This document shows positions 18,540 to 28,624 of a DNA stretch of 64,000 nt, one piece after another (position 1 is the first letter of the stretch; the number at the start of each line of letters is the position of its first letter). This DNA comes from Spirochaetia bacterium. GTDB lineage: Bacteria; Spirochaetota; Spirochaetia; SZUA-6; Bin103. The notes beneath the pieces were generated by a model. That model did no database searches. It had not been told where the DNA came from and saw only the letters and a program-made list of their open reading frames with translations. A program made the translations under genes and the position numbers. The stretch spans positions 1,184,001 through 1,248,000 of the forward strand of contig CBDBOV010000004.1 in NCBI GenBank assembly GCA_965208575.1, read 5' to 3'.

Positions 18540-19891
18540 AGTTGCTCCACTCCCCCGCCCCGGTCGTTCTGCCGTACCGACAGGCGCTCCGCGTCCACCT
18601 CCGCCGATCGCCGCGACAGCCCCACCAGCAGCCCGCACATGACGAACGTGGTCAGCAGCGCCGACCCGCCCGACGAATAGAACGGCAGCGGCAGCCCGGT
18701 CGCGGGCACCAGGCTCGACACCACGGCCAGGTTGAGAAACGCCTGGGCGACGATGCTGGTGGTAAGCCCGAACGCCAGGTAGCGGGCGAACCGGTCGCGG
18801 TGATGGCGCACGATCAGGTAGCCGCGCCACGCCAGTACCGCGAACAGGCCCAGGATCAGGATGACGCCGACCAGGCCGAGCTCCTCTCCCGCCACCGCGA
18901 AGATGAAGTCGGAGTGCGCCTCCGGCAGGGGACCCAGCTTCATCTGTCCGCGCCCGATGCCGGTGCCCCACACGCCGCCGCGCGCCAGCGCGTCACGGGC
19001 GGCCAGCACCTGGTAGCCGCTGCCGGCGGGGTCCGCCGTCGGCTCCAGGAAGGCGATCAGGCGCAGCACGCGGTGCTCCTTGGTCAGCAGCAGCATCAGC
19101 GCGAGCGGCGTGCCGGCCATGGTCAGAGCGGCGAACAGGCCCATTCTCACCCCCGCCAGCCACAGCATGGCCATGGCCAGGAACACCAGGAAGATGGGCG
19201 TCGAAAAGTCGTTCTGCAGGTACACCAGCGCGGCGAACAGGCCCGCAACCAGCATCGGCGGAACGATCACCCGCATGGTGCGGCCGTAGCTGAGCTCGGC
19301 CAGGTTGCCCTTGCGATCGAGAATGTGGGCGAGGTACACCACCAGCGCCAGCTTGGCGAGTTCCGACGGCTGGAACGACAGTCCGCCGATCACGATCCAG
19401 CGCTGCGCCCCCATCGCCCACAGCCCGATGCCGGGCACCGACGTGAGCACGACCAGCGGCAGGCTGACCGCCACCAGCGGCAGCACCGCGCGGCGCACGT
19501 AGCGCAGCGGAACGGAGGCGGCAACGGTGGCCAGCAGCGTGCCGAGCGCGACCCACAGCACCTGGCGGCGAAAGAAGCGCAGCGGATCGTCGAACAGCCG
19601 GTCACCGTAGAAGTAGGACGCGGACAGCAGTACCGCGAGACCGCTGCCGGTGAGCACGATCAGCGCCGCCACCAGCACGCTGTCGCTCGGCATGGCCAGG
19701 GTCGGCTGCAGCGTGTCGCGCAGCCGCACCCAGCGGGTCCGCACCGTCCGCCGCCGGCCGGACGGCCGCTGCGCCAGCATGAGGCGGCGCAGGACGCGCG
19801 GCAGGTGCGTAACCTTGACGGATGGCTGCGCCATGCGCTGCGCTTGCGGACGCCCGCCGTTCACTACCGGTGCCATCGCCGATACCGTCAC
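18536..19891 (-). CDS. ftsW: SEDS protein FtsW (start approximate)
   Basis: GAQRWI, FQPSELAK, GSGYQ, LPEAHSDFIFAVAGEELG, PATGLPLPFYSSGGS. Confidence 0.95.
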   Translation of the reverse strand: MTVSAMAPVVNGGRPQAQRMAQPSVKVTHLPRVLRRLMLAQRPSGRRRTVRTRWVRLRDTLQPTLAMPSDSVLVAALIVLTGSGLAVLLSASYFYGDRLFDDPLRFFRRQVLWVALGTLLATVAASVPLRYVRRAVLPLVAVSLPLVVLTSVPGIGLWAMGAQRWIVIGGLSFQPSELAKLALVVYLAHILDRKGNLAELSYGRTMRVIVPPMLVAGLFAALVYLQNDFSTPIFLVFLAMAMLWLAGVRMGLFAALTMAGTPLALMLLLTKEHRVLRLIAFLEPTADPAGSGYQVLAARDALARGGVWGTGIGRGQMKLGPLPEAHSDFIFAVAGEELGLVGVILILGLFAVLAWRGYLIVRHHRDRFARYLAFGLTTSIVAQAFLNLAVVSSLVPATGLPLPFYSSGGSALLTTFVMCGLLVGLSRRSAEVDAERLSVRQNDRGGGVEQL

Positions 19892-21294
19892 GCCGCCTGC
19901 AGCGGCTCCACCAGCCGGTCGAGCGCGACGCCGCGCGAGCCCTTGAGCAGCACGGTGTCGCCGGGGCGCACCGATGCAACCACCGCCGCCTCCAGCTCCT
20001 CGTAGAGCGTCGTCCACAGCAGCGGCCGGCCGAAGCCGGCGGCCTGCAGGGCATCCGCGGTAGCGGCGGTTTCCGCCCCGAACAGGAACACGGCATCCGG
20101 GTCGACGGCCGTGACCACCTCGGCCAGCGCGGCGTGGGCGGCCCGCGTCGCGGTGCCGAGTTCCAGCATGCTGCCGAGCACCACCAGGACGCGCCCGCGA
20201 CCGGGCAATTCGGCGAGGAAGGTGAGCGCGGCCGCCATCGACTCCGGATTGGCGTTGTACGCATCGTTGATGATGGTCAGCCGCCCGCGGACAACCTGCG
20301 AGCGGCCCGCCACCGCCTCCACGGCCTCGATGCCGTGCTTGATAGCGGCCGCCGACACTCCCAGGGTAGACGCCACCGTGATTGCGGCCAGCACGTTGGT
20401 GACGTTGTGATTGCCAAACAGAGGGAAGTGAATCTGGAGCCCCTCCCAGTGGATGGTGGAACCATCAAGCCCCAGAGATTCACTTCCCTCGTAACCTTTC
20501 GTCTTGGTTGGGCCGAATTGGACCAGCGCAACTTCCGGTGCCAACGGCAGCCGGGAGTGCGCCAGCAACTCCTCCCCTTCCGGCACGAATGCGTGCCCGC
20601 CGCGCGGCAGGTAGGCCAGCACGCGCGCCTTCTCGGCGGCTATGGTGGGCCGCGATTCGAACGCGGCCAGGTGTGCGGTGCCGATGCCGGTGATCAGCGC
20701 GTGGTGAGGCGCCGCCAGCCGGCCCAGCTCGTCCATCTCGCCGCGGTAGTCGATGCCCAGTTCCAGCACCGCCATGCGATGGCGCCGCTCGATGCCCAGC
20801 AGCGCCAGCGGCAGCCCGATCACCGAGTTGTAGTTGCGCTGTGCCTCGTAGGTCGGCGCGCACTGTTGCAGGATCGACGCGAGGATGCGCCGCGTGGTGG
20901 TCTTGCCGCTCGATCCGGTCACCGCCACGCGCTGCGCCGCGCTGTGCGATCGATGTGCCTCGGCGAGCCGATGCAGCGCCTGCAGCGGGTCGTCCACCAC
21001 GGCCAGCGTGGCGCCGTAGCGGCTCGCTGTGGCCTGCAGCTCGGCGCCGCGCGCGTACCACTGCCGCCGCGCTATGAGGGCGGCGGCGGCGCCCGCTGCG
21101 AACGCGTCGGCCAAGTAGTCGTGGCCGTCGGCGCGGCTTCCGGCCAGGGCCACGAACAGCGCGTCGGCGGCCGCGGCGCGCGAGTCCACGACCACCCGGC
21201 GCAACGGCGCCTGCGCAGCCGCCAGCGGCCCCCGGTCGGAGCCGACAAGCCGCGCGCCGGTGAGCCCGGCGAGTGCTTCGGTGGTCACCGTCAC
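19888..21294 (-). CDS. murF: UDP-MurNAc-tripeptide D-Ala-D-Ala ligase MurF
   Basis: DSR, DGHDY, AVTGSSGKTTT, NYNSVIGLP, DAYNANPESM, GSMLELG, LLKGSRG. Confidence 0.96.
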   Translation of the reverse strand: MTVTTEALAGLTGARLVGSDRGPLAAAQAPLRRVVVDSRAAAADALFVALAGSRADGHDYLADAFAAGAAAALIARRQWYARGAELQATASRYGATLAVVDDPLQALHRLAEAHRSHSAAQRVAVTGSSGKTTTRRILASILQQCAPTYEAQRNYNSVIGLPLALLGIERRHRMAVLELGIDYRGEMDELGRLAAPHHALITGIGTAHLAAFESRPTIAAEKARVLAYLPRGGHAFVPEGEELLAHSRLPLAPEVALVQFGPTKTKGYEGSESLGLDGSTIHWEGLQIHFPLFGNHNVTNVLAAITVASTLGVSAAAIKHGIEAVEAVAGRSQVVRGRLTIINDAYNANPESMAAALTFLAELPGRGRVLVVLGSMLELGTATRAAHAALAEVVTAVDPDAVFLFGAETAATADALQAAGFGRPLLWTTLYEELEAAVVASVRPGDTVLLKGSRGVALDRLVEPLQAA

Positions 21295-21623
21295 GGTTGC
21301 TCTCCCGGGGCGGAGGGCGGTTCAGGAAGCGCGAAGCGCACCAACAGCCGGCGCCCCGGCGCCATTCGCTCCAGGCCCTGCTCGGCGGCGGCGGCGTCCA
21401 CGCGTTGCGGAGAACCGAGCGCCGCCAAGTCTGCCATCGCCTGCTTGTTGCGTTCGTGCCAGTGGCGCTGTTCCAGTTCCAGCGCGCCTACCGTGTGCAG
21501 CAGGCGCTCGTAACGATACCCTTGCCAGGCGCTGAGCATCAGCGCCGCGCCGAGCAGCGCGGCGCTCAGGAACAGCAGCATTCGTCCGCGCGCGGTGTCG
21601 CGCGTGCGCGCGCCGTCAGCCAT
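21291..21623 (-). CDS. ftsL: Cell division protein FtsL-like
   Basis: Short TM plus coiled coil, LGSPQRVDAAAAEQGL; directly after rsmH. Confidence 0.75.
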   Translation of the reverse strand: MADGARTRDTARGRMLLFLSAALLGAALMLSAWQGYRYERLLHTVGALELEQRHWHERNKQAMADLAALGSPQRVDAAAAEQGLERMAPGRRLLVRFALPEPPSAPGEQP

Positions 21624-22545
21624 GATCCGCCACCTTGCGGGCGACCCGCAGGCGCGCGCTGCGCGACCGGGGGTTGGCCTGCACCTCGGCCGGGGTCGGG
21701 CGCAACGGCCGCTTGGTACACACTTCCCAGGCCGCGCCGGCGCCGCCCGCCGGCGGCTCCTGCGCGGCACGCCGCAGGTGCTGCTTGACGATGCGGTCCT
21801 CCAGCGAGTGAAACGCGATCACCCCGATGCTGCCGCCGGCGGCCAGGCAGCGCAGCGCGGCCGCCAGGCCGGTCTCGAGACGCCGCAGTTCGTCATTGAC
21901 CGCGATTCGCAACGCCTGGAACGAGCGCGTGGCCGGGTGTATGGCGCCGCGGTGGCGCTGCGCCGGTGGATAGGCGCGCCACACCAGCTCCTCCAGCTCG
22001 CCGGTAGTGCGCAGGGGACGTTCCGCCCGCCGGCGGGCCACGGCACGCGCGATCCGCCGAGCATGGCGCTCCTCCCCGTACTGATGGAAGAGATCCGCCA
22101 ATGCCGATTCCGGCTCCTCATTGAGAATATCGGCAGCCGTGCGGGGCAACCGTTCATCGAGCCGCATGTCCAACGGCTCGGAGCCGCGAAACGAGAACCC
22201 GCGGGCGCTGCAGTCGAAGTGGTAGCTCGCCAGCCCCAGGTCGAGCAGCACCAGGTGCGCCGAGCCGCTGCGGCGCGCCATGACATCGGCAAACCAGCCG
22301 CGCTCGAACTCGACGCGGCGCCCGAAGCGGCCCAGGGTGCGGCGGGCGCGCGCCAGCATGTGCGCGTCGACGTCCACGGCCAGGAGCGACAGCGAGGGGT
22401 AGCGGTCGAGGAACCGCTGCGCATGTCCACCATCGCCGACAGTGCCGTCGATCATCAGGCCGCCGCGATCCGGCGCGGTCAGCCAGTGCAGACATTCCTG
22501 CACCATCACTGGTTCATGTACCGATACCGGTTCACGCACACCCAT
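21616..22545 (-). CDS. rsmH: 16S rRNA m4C1402 methyltransferase RsmH
   Basis: HEPVM, DGTVGDGGH, DLG, RGFSF, PLDMR, HPATRSFQALRIAVNDEL, FHSLEDRIVK, NPRSRSARLR. Confidence 0.98.
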   Translation of the reverse strand: MGVREPVSVHEPVMVQECLHWLTAPDRGGLMIDGTVGDGGHAQRFLDRYPSLSLLAVDVDAHMLARARRTLGRFGRRVEFERGWFADVMARRSGSAHLVLLDLGLASYHFDCSARGFSFRGSEPLDMRLDERLPRTAADILNEEPESALADLFHQYGEERHARRIARAVARRRAERPLRTTGELEELVWRAYPPAQRHRGAIHPATRSFQALRIAVNDELRRLETGLAAALRCLAAGGSIGVIAFHSLEDRIVKQHLRRAAQEPPAGGAGAAWEVCTKRPLRPTPAEVQANPRSRSARLRVARKVADHG

Positions 22546-22985
22546 CAGAACGTTATCGCTCCGCCGATCTCCTCGGCGGCCTCCTTGAACCTCTCCTCGT
22601 TCGCCTCCAGGTAGGCCGTGTACGTTGGCTCGTCCCAGATTTCGAGGTATTTGACCATGCCGAGGATCGTGCAGTCCTTCCTCAGCGCGGCGAACTCACG
22701 CAGCGTCGGCGGAATGGCGATGCGGCCGCTGCGGTCGATCTCCACCTCCTGCGCGGGTGCCAGGATGCGGCGCTGGATGAGACGCGCCCGCTCCGAGAAC
22801 GGCGAAGTCGCCGCTATCAGGTTCTCGGACAGCTTGCGCCACTCGTCGGAGGGGAACAGCCACAGGCAGCGATCCACGCCGCGCGTCAGGATCATCACGT
22901 TGCCGACCACCTCGGAGCGCACCTTGGCGGGCACCATCAAGCGGCCCTTCTCGTCGAGGGCGTAACGGTATTCGCCGGAAATCAT
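22545..22985 (-). CDS. mraZ: Transcriptional regulator MraZ
   Basis: LDEKGRLMVP, IDRSGRIAIPPTLR, LEIWD; first gene of the dcw cluster. Confidence 0.98.
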   Translation of the reverse strand: MISGEYRYALDEKGRLMVPAKVRSEVVGNVMILTRGVDRCLWLFPSDEWRKLSENLIAATSPFSERARLIQRRILAPAQEVEIDRSGRIAIPPTLREFAALRKDCTILGMVKYLEIWDEPTYTAYLEANEERFKEAAEEIGGAITF

Positions 22986-23070
22986 GATCGCTCCTTACGC
23001 ACGGTCTCCTGCCGCATTCCCACGGTGATGCCTGACCCTCAGGGGAATGAGGGATATTATGGGTCTATCT

Positions 23071-23105
23071 TCCACCATAGTCCAATATCTCCCACTTTCT
23101 CCCAC
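23071..23105 (-). promoter_or_regulatory. MraZ operator: four GTGGG-like boxes at 10-bp spacing
   Basis: Minus strand GTGGG-AGAAA-GTGGG-AGATA-TTGGA-CTATG-GTGGA upstream of mraZ, just downstream of a TTGACA at 23140-23145. Confidence 0.8.
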
Positions 23106-23314
23106 CACCTTGCAGATTAATCACCGTGCTTCTACCGGGTGTCAACATCGAGAATCCGGGCGGGAGCGAAATTCGGCGGCGGCCGCGGCGCCGAACACTA
23201 CATGTTTGTATAGTATTGGCGAGTAGGCGGCGATGCCGCTACATTGGCGGCCACGGTGGCGCCCGACGCGAGCGGGCTGGTGCGGGCCGCTTCTTCGGTT
23301 TTACGGGTTTACGG

Positions 23315-23647
23315 TTGTATCGGGTACATTTCAAGTGGAAGGGCAAGGAAGTACAGCTCACGGCGAAGAGCCTTGACCTTACGCATCCCTACTTCGTGTC
23401 CATCAAGGACATCGTCTTCGAGCGCGACCAGCAGATCATCATCAACCCCACCGCGGAGGACGTGCGGCGCACATTCGGACGCGCCGAGCACCTGATGATC
23501 CCGTTTCAGACCGTTGCGCTGATCGAGGAGTTCCCGGAGGCTGATTCCAACCGGATCCGGCCGTTTACGCTGGTGGAGGAAGAGGTGGACGGGGCGGCCG
23601 ACGACGGCCTCGACGACGACATCGACAGCGACGACTCTTCCCCCTGA
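23315..23647 (+). CDS. DUF1820-like small protein (start approximate)
   Basis: LYRVHF..KGK...FVSIKDIVF...IINP...F...IPFQTVALIEE pattern with acidic tail; divergent from mraZ. Confidence 0.65.
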   Translation: MYRVHFKWKGKEVQLTAKSLDLTHPYFVSIKDIVFERDQQIIINPTAEDVRRTFGRAEHLMIPFQTVALIEEFPEADSNRIRPFTLVEEEVDGAADDGLDDDIDSDDSSP

Positions 23648-23663
23648 CGCCCGCGCCCGGCGG

Positions 23664-25355
23664 TCAACGGCGTGACGGCGTGCGCATCAGCAGATCCTCG
23701 GCGTGGCGCAGCGACACGTCACGGGCATCGTGGCCCGACAACATGCGCGCCACTTCCACCACCCGCGCGCGTCCGCTGACCTCCCTTACGGCGGTGAGCG
23801 TGCGACCGGCGCGCTCTTCCTTGGACACCTGGAGGTGGGTGTGGGCACGGGCGGCCACGGTGGCGAGATGGGTGATGCACAGGATCTGCCGGCGGCGGGC
23901 GATACCGGCAAGCTTGTCGCCCACCGCGATCGCCACGTCGCCGCCGATGCCGGCGTCGACTTCGTCGAACACCAGGGTGCCTACCGGGTCGCTGGCGGCG
24001 AGGATCGACTTCAACGCCAACATGATGCGCGACACCTCACCGCCGGAAGCGCTGGAGCGGAGCGGGCGCAGCGGCTCGCCCGCGTTGGCCGAAATGAGGA
24101 ATGCCACCGCTTCGGCGCCGGCGGGGCCAATCTCCGGCACGCCGCGCTCGAGCCGCGGCTGCAGGTGCACGGCGAAGCGCGCCTTGGGCATGCCGAGTTC
24201 GTGCAGGCTGTCCTCGACCAGCCCGCGCAGGCGGCCGGCAGCCTGCCGGCGGCGCTCGCTCAGTTCGCCGGCATGCTCGCTCAGCGCGGCGGCGAGACGC
24301 TGTACCTCGGCGCCGGCGGCGGCGTGCGCCCCGGCCGCATCCTCGAGGCCGGCCAGTGTGGCGCGCGCCTGGCGCGCGTGCTCCAGCACGTGCTCCACGG
24401 TGGCGCCGTACTTGCGCTGCAAGGCGTGGATCTGCTCCAGCCGCTCGACCACGGCCGCCAGCCGCGCGCCGTCGAAATAGAGGCCGCTCTGGTAGCGGCG
24501 CACATCGGCCGCGACATCTTCCAGTTCGTAGAATGCGCTTTCGACGCGCGCGCGCAGCGGCTCGAAGGCGGCGTCGTAGGAGGCCAGCGTGCGCAGTTCG
24601 TCGAGCGCGCCGCGCACCGACGCCAGCGCGCCGCCACGCGCCTCGACAGTCAGGTCGTACACCCGGTGCGCGGCCTCCGAGATGCGCTCGAACGCGGTGA
24701 GGCGGCGCCGCTCCTGATCCAGCTCCTCCTCCTCTCCGGCGCTCAGGCGCGCCGCGTCTATCTCGTCCGCGGCGTGCCGCAACAGCTCCGCCTGCCGTTC
24801 GCGGCGCTCGCCGCCCGACTCCAGCTCCACGACCCGGGCACGCGCCGCGGCCAGTCGGCGATGCACCGCGGCCACCACGCCGGCGAGCGGCACCAGGTCC
24901 GCGAAGTGGTCGAGCAGGCGGCGGTGCTCGATCTCGCGCAGCAGGCTCTGGTGCCGGTGCTGGCCATGCAGGTCGAACAGCCGCCGGCCGAGCTCGCCGA
25001 GCTGGGCGGTGGGAACCGGTACGCCCGCTATGAAGCAGCCTGAGCGCCCAGTACGGCGCACGACGCGCCGTACGATGAGCGTGTCGTCGTCCGCCGCAAG
25101 CTCACGCTCGGCGAGCCAGTCGCGCACCTCGCCGTCCCGAGGCTGCAGGCGAACCACGCCGGAGACCTCGGCGCGATCGGCGCCGGCACGAATGTCGGCT
25201 GCCGTGGCGCGGGCGCCGAGCAGCAGACCGACGGCGCCGATGATGATCGACTTGCCGGCGCCGGTCTCGCCGCTGAGCACGTTCAGATGCGGGCCGAAGC
25301 CCACCTCGACGTGCTCGATCAGCGCGTAGTTGCGCACCGTCAGCGACTCAAGCAC
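23664..25355 (-). CDS. recN: DNA repair protein RecN
   Basis: LSGETGAGKSI, DLHGQH, ASGGEVSRIMLALK, FDEVDAGIGG, QILCITHL. Confidence 0.97.
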   Translation of the reverse strand: MLESLTVRNYALIEHVEVGFGPHLNVLSGETGAGKSIIIGAVGLLLGARATAADIRAGADRAEVSGVVRLQPRDGEVRDWLAERELAADDDTLIVRRVVRRTGRSGCFIAGVPVPTAQLGELGRRLFDLHGQHRHQSLLREIEHRRLLDHFADLVPLAGVVAAVHRRLAAARARVVELESGGERRERQAELLRHAADEIDAARLSAGEEEELDQERRRLTAFERISEAAHRVYDLTVEARGGALASVRGALDELRTLASYDAAFEPLRARVESAFYELEDVAADVRRYQSGLYFDGARLAAVVERLEQIHALQRKYGATVEHVLEHARQARATLAGLEDAAGAHAAAGAEVQRLAAALSEHAGELSERRRQAAGRLRGLVEDSLHELGMPKARFAVHLQPRLERGVPEIGPAGAEAVAFLISANAGEPLRPLRSSASGGEVSRIMLALKSILAASDPVGTLVFDEVDAGIGGDVAIAVGDKLAGIARRRQILCITHLATVAARAHTHLQVSKEERAGRTLTAVREVSGRARVVEVARMLSGHDARDVSLRHAEDLLMRTPSRR

Positions 25356-26280
25356 GCGGCTCCCCGGCCCAGTCGAGCTTGGACCTCAATACCTGGTAGA
25401 AGTTGCGCTTGCCGGAGCGCACGATGTGGGTCTGGTGGACGGAACGGGAAAAGTCGATCTGATCGCCCGGCTGCAGCGCCTCCACGTCGACGCCGTCGAC
25501 GGCGAGGCTGATCTCGGTGCGCTGGTTCATTTCGATCTCCACCCGCACCGGTTCCGCGGCCGGCACCAGCAGCGGCCGGTTGGCCAGGGTAAAGGGGCAG
25601 ATCGGGGTGATGACGAAGGCGTCCATCTCGGGATGGACGATCGGCCCGCCGGCCGCCATCGAGTACGCCGTGGATCCGGTCGGCGTCGCGAATACCATTC
25701 CGTCGGCGCGGTAGTTGGCGACCCAGGTACCCGCCAGGTGCACCCGCAAGCGCACGATCTTGGAGCGTCCGTAGCCGGCGATTACCGCATCGTTGAGGCC
25801 GTCGATGCAGGCCACCGGCCGCCCGCACCGCAGCACCTCGGCGCGCACCATGACCCGGGTGCTGATGCCGAGCGATCCGGAGGCGTAGGCGTCGTACGCC
25901 TGCCGCCACTCGCCGACCGGGATCTCGGTGATGAATCCCACGGTGCCGAGGTTGACCGGCAGGATCGGGATGTCGCTGCCCGCCAGCAGGCGCGCGCACC
26001 CGAGCAGCGTGCCGTCGCCGCCGAGCGACACCGCCAGGTCGATGCTGCCGCGCTGCGCGATGGGAGCGGCGGAGGTGGCGCCGCGCGCCATCGAGGAACT
26101 GCCCACTTCCGCCTCCACCACCTCGACCTGGCGGCGCCGGAAGAAGTCGCGCACCTCGGCGATGATCTGCGCGCTGGCTCGGGCCCGGTTGAGCAACACG
26201 AACACGCGGCGAATCGTTCGCGGTCGCGACCCACTGTCTGCAGCACCGGTCTCGGCCGGCTTCCCCGTACCGACTGTCAT
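25348..26280 (-). CDS. nadK: NAD kinase
   Basis: LGGDGTLL, VNLGTVGF, LND, ADG...TPTGSTAYSMAAGGP; adjacent to recN. Confidence 0.96.
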   Translation of the reverse strand: MTVGTGKPAETGAADSGSRPRTIRRVFVLLNRARASAQIIAEVRDFFRRRQVEVVEAEVGSSSMARGATSAAPIAQRGSIDLAVSLGGDGTLLGCARLLAGSDIPILPVNLGTVGFITEIPVGEWRQAYDAYASGSLGISTRVMVRAEVLRCGRPVACIDGLNDAVIAGYGRSKIVRLRVHLAGTWVANYRADGMVFATPTGSTAYSMAAGGPIVHPEMDAFVITPICPFTLANRPLLVPAAEPVRVEIEMNQRTEISLAVDGVDVEALQPGDQIDFSRSVHQTHIVRSGKRNFYQVLRSKLDWAGEPRA

Positions 26281-26337
26281 CGGATCGCGGGCAAGTATAG
26301 CGCGCCCCGAAGCAGCGCGGCCACAGCCGCGGTGGCG

Positions 26338-27675
26338 TTACGGCAGCGTAGCGAGCACGCGAGCCACCTGGCTGGCCTGGGCATCGCGCAGGTCGGGATA
26401 GAGCGGGAACAGCAGACAGCGGCGAGCGAGCTCCTGGGCACCGGCGAGCCGCTCCCCGGTTGCCGCGCCGCCCGACGGGTCGGGCGCCGAATCATGCGCC
26501 GTTGACGGCGGCGGGTCGGCATCGTCCTCCGCCGGAAGCAGGCCGGTGATGGCCGACCCCTCACAGGCAAGCCTGGTCTCCACGTGGTGGCGGGTGGCGT
26601 AGCGCTGTGCCGCGCGCAACCCGTCGGCGACCACGACCGGAAACAGCGGACCCGGCGTTGCGGCCGGCGCCAGCGTGCGGTGGCGGCTCCTCGCCACTGC
26701 GTCGCGAAAGCGCGCGGCAAGCTCGGCGCAGCGCACGCGCCCGGCAGCCAGGTCGTGCCACTGCGCAAGCGCGAGCGCGGCGTTCACGTCGGCCAGTTCC
26801 GCCCAGCCGAAGCGCGCGCGGTAGCCTGCGAGCGACCGGCGGCCGCGCGGGCTGCGCGCCAACACCAGGCCGCCGCCCCCGGCCGCCAGTATGCCGGGCG
26901 CTTGCAGGCCGATCACCAGCACGTCGCCGGCGGGCTCCCGAAGGGCCGGCGATGCCGGGTGACCGGGCGGCTGATCGGCCGGTGAGTCGGCCGCATCGCC
27001 GGCGGGCGCGCCGTTGGCGCGCGCTCGGCGGGCCGCGGGCACTCTGCCGGACGCGGATTGAACCCGGTCCATTTCCATTCCGAGCATCCCGGCCGAGACA
27101 TCCTCCACGATCGGCACGCCGGCGGCGCGCACCTCGTCGAGCGGCTCGTCGGCGCCGAGCACGTGACCGATCACCAATGCGCACGGCCGATGCGCGAGCA
27201 TGCGCTGTATCGACTCGCCATCGAGGCACCCCGTTTCCGGGTCGACATCGACCAGCAGCGGCTGCCGGCCGGCGGCGCGCGCCGCGTACACGTAGCGCAA
27301 CGAAGCGAGCGCCGACATCAGCACCGGCCGCGGGCCGCCGGCAGGCGAATCCTCATCGCCGGCGGCCATCTCGGTTGCCAGGTGCAGCGCGGCCGTTGCC
27401 GCGGCGCCGTAGTCGGCCAGTGCGAGGCCGCCGCGGCAGTCGAGTGCCGCCGCCGCCGCCCCGATCAACTGCTCGGCGATCGGGCCGGGGCCGACCTCCT
27501 CCGACACCAGGCACTCCAGGACCGCGTGCATCTGGCGGCGGCGAACGACAGGCCGGAACAACGGAACCCGCGCGGCCACCGGCTTGCGCGCCGGCCTGCC
27601 GGACGACGCCGGGCGGCCGCGAGCCTGCTCACGGCGCGGCGAAGGGCGGCCGTCGCCGCCGGGAGTGCGCTTCAC
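26338..27675 (-). CDS. DegT/DnrJ/EryC1/StrS-like aminotransferase-fold protein, degenerate active site
   Basis: PLLVDVDPETG, PIVED, GGGGLV, D..AALALAQ, LLFPLYPDL; the expected PLP-lysine segment reads GLQAPGILAAGGGG. Confidence 0.7.
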   Translation of the reverse strand: MKRTPGGDGRPSPRREQARGRPASSGRPARKPVAARVPLFRPVVRRRQMHAVLECLVSEEVGPGPIAEQLIGAAAAALDCRGGLALADYGAAATAALHLATEMAAGDEDSPAGGPRPVLMSALASLRYVYAARAAGRQPLLVDVDPETGCLDGESIQRMLAHRPCALVIGHVLGADEPLDEVRAAGVPIVEDVSAGMLGMEMDRVQSASGRVPAARRARANGAPAGDAADSPADQPPGHPASPALREPAGDVLVIGLQAPGILAAGGGGLVLARSPRGRRSLAGYRARFGWAELADVNAALALAQWHDLAAGRVRCAELAARFRDAVARSRHRTLAPAATPGPLFPVVVADGLRAAQRYATRHHVETRLACEGSAITGLLPAEDDADPPPSTAHDSAPDPSGGAATGERLAGAQELARRCLLFPLYPDLRDAQASQVARVLATLP

Positions 27676-27717
27676 GGAGCGTCGGTACCGGCGCGGCGAA
27701 CCGCGCCGGCGGCGCTG

Positions 27718-27933
27718 CTAGCCGGCTCGATTGGCGGCGGGGCGCAACGGAAGCGAGCCGGGGTCACGCTCGCGGGCATCCTTGAGGTGAAGTTTGGATA
27801 TCTTGTAGTTCTTGAGCAGTACGCGGATTGCGTCGTTCACCGCCTCGCTGCGGTCGCGATAAAACCCCTGCTGGATCATCTCATCGAGTCCTTCGAGCAG
27901 GAATTCCGACGTCTCCACGTATGCCTTCGACAC
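27718..27933 (-). CDS. Small ribbon-helix-helix DNA-binding protein
   Basis: LLEGLDEMIQQGFYRDRSEAVNDAIRVLL matches the CopG/Arc/MetJ RHH pattern; RBS GAGGAG. Confidence 0.75.
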   Translation of the reverse strand: MSKAYVETSEFLLEGLDEMIQQGFYRDRSEAVNDAIRVLLKNYKISKLHLKDARERDPGSLPLRPAANRAG

Positions 27934-27982
27934 TGATAGTACTCCTCAACCGCGGCCACCCGTCCAAACGCGGCCGGGTATG

Positions 27983-28056
<74 letters not shown>

Positions 28057-28079
28057 CGGGGAAACCGCGTCACACCCGA

Positions 28080-28108
28080 ATGATGGCGGTGCGAACGACT
28101 CCTGTCAA
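28080..28108 (-). promoter_or_regulatory. Sigma70-like promoter of tRNA-Ile
   Basis: TTGACA (28103-28108), 17 bp, CATCAT (28080-28085). Confidence 0.6.
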
Positions 28109-28166
28109 TGCGAACCTCGCGCCGCCGCCAGTGGCCGGCCGCGAGCCGGCACGCTCCCGCGCCGGC

Positions 28167-28520
28167 TTACGGGGTGTTGCCGTTTGCGGATCCTGCATCG
28201 TCGTGGCTGGCGAGCCGCGCGAGCGCGCTCTCCTTCTCCTCGATGCGCCGCTCGATGTCGCCGAGTTCGACGACCAGTTCCTTCACACCGACGGTGTCGC
28301 GCGCAACGCTGTTCTCATTGCGTACGCTGAACGCGTCGTAGACTTCCTGGCCGAGTCGCGACAGCACCTTCATCGACTGCCGCTCAAGCTGCATGATGTC
28401 GAACTTGAGCACACCCTTCTCGCTCAGATCCTTGGCACCCTCGCGCGCCTTGTCCAGAACCTCGCGCGATACGTCGAGCCCCTGGCCCACCGCTTTTTCG
28501 ATTCGATTCCAAAGGTTCAT
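28167..28520 (-). CDS. Hypothetical coiled-coil protein
   Basis: MNLWNRIEKAVGQGLDVSREVLDKA...LGQEVY; strong RBS GGAGG; host-like codon usage. Confidence 0.7.
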   Translation of the reverse strand: MNLWNRIEKAVGQGLDVSREVLDKAREGAKDLSEKGVLKFDIMQLERQSMKVLSRLGQEVYDAFSVRNENSVARDTVGVKELVVELGDIERRIEEKESALARLASHDDAGSANGNTP

Positions 28521-28624
28521 GCAACCCCCTCCTGCGCCACGCTTCGCGGCGTGCCGAATGATCGCTCTCGGTATGCAATGTAAGGCTTCCGTGCGGCGCG
28601 CGACCACATCAACGCGGCCACCCT

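Noticed and set aside
18536-22985. dcw cluster lacking ftsI, murE, mraY, murD and murG as cell wall loss
   Set aside because: A short mraZ-rsmH-ftsL-murF-ftsW-ftsQAZ cluster is usual in spirochaetes; the other genes are normally elsewhere.
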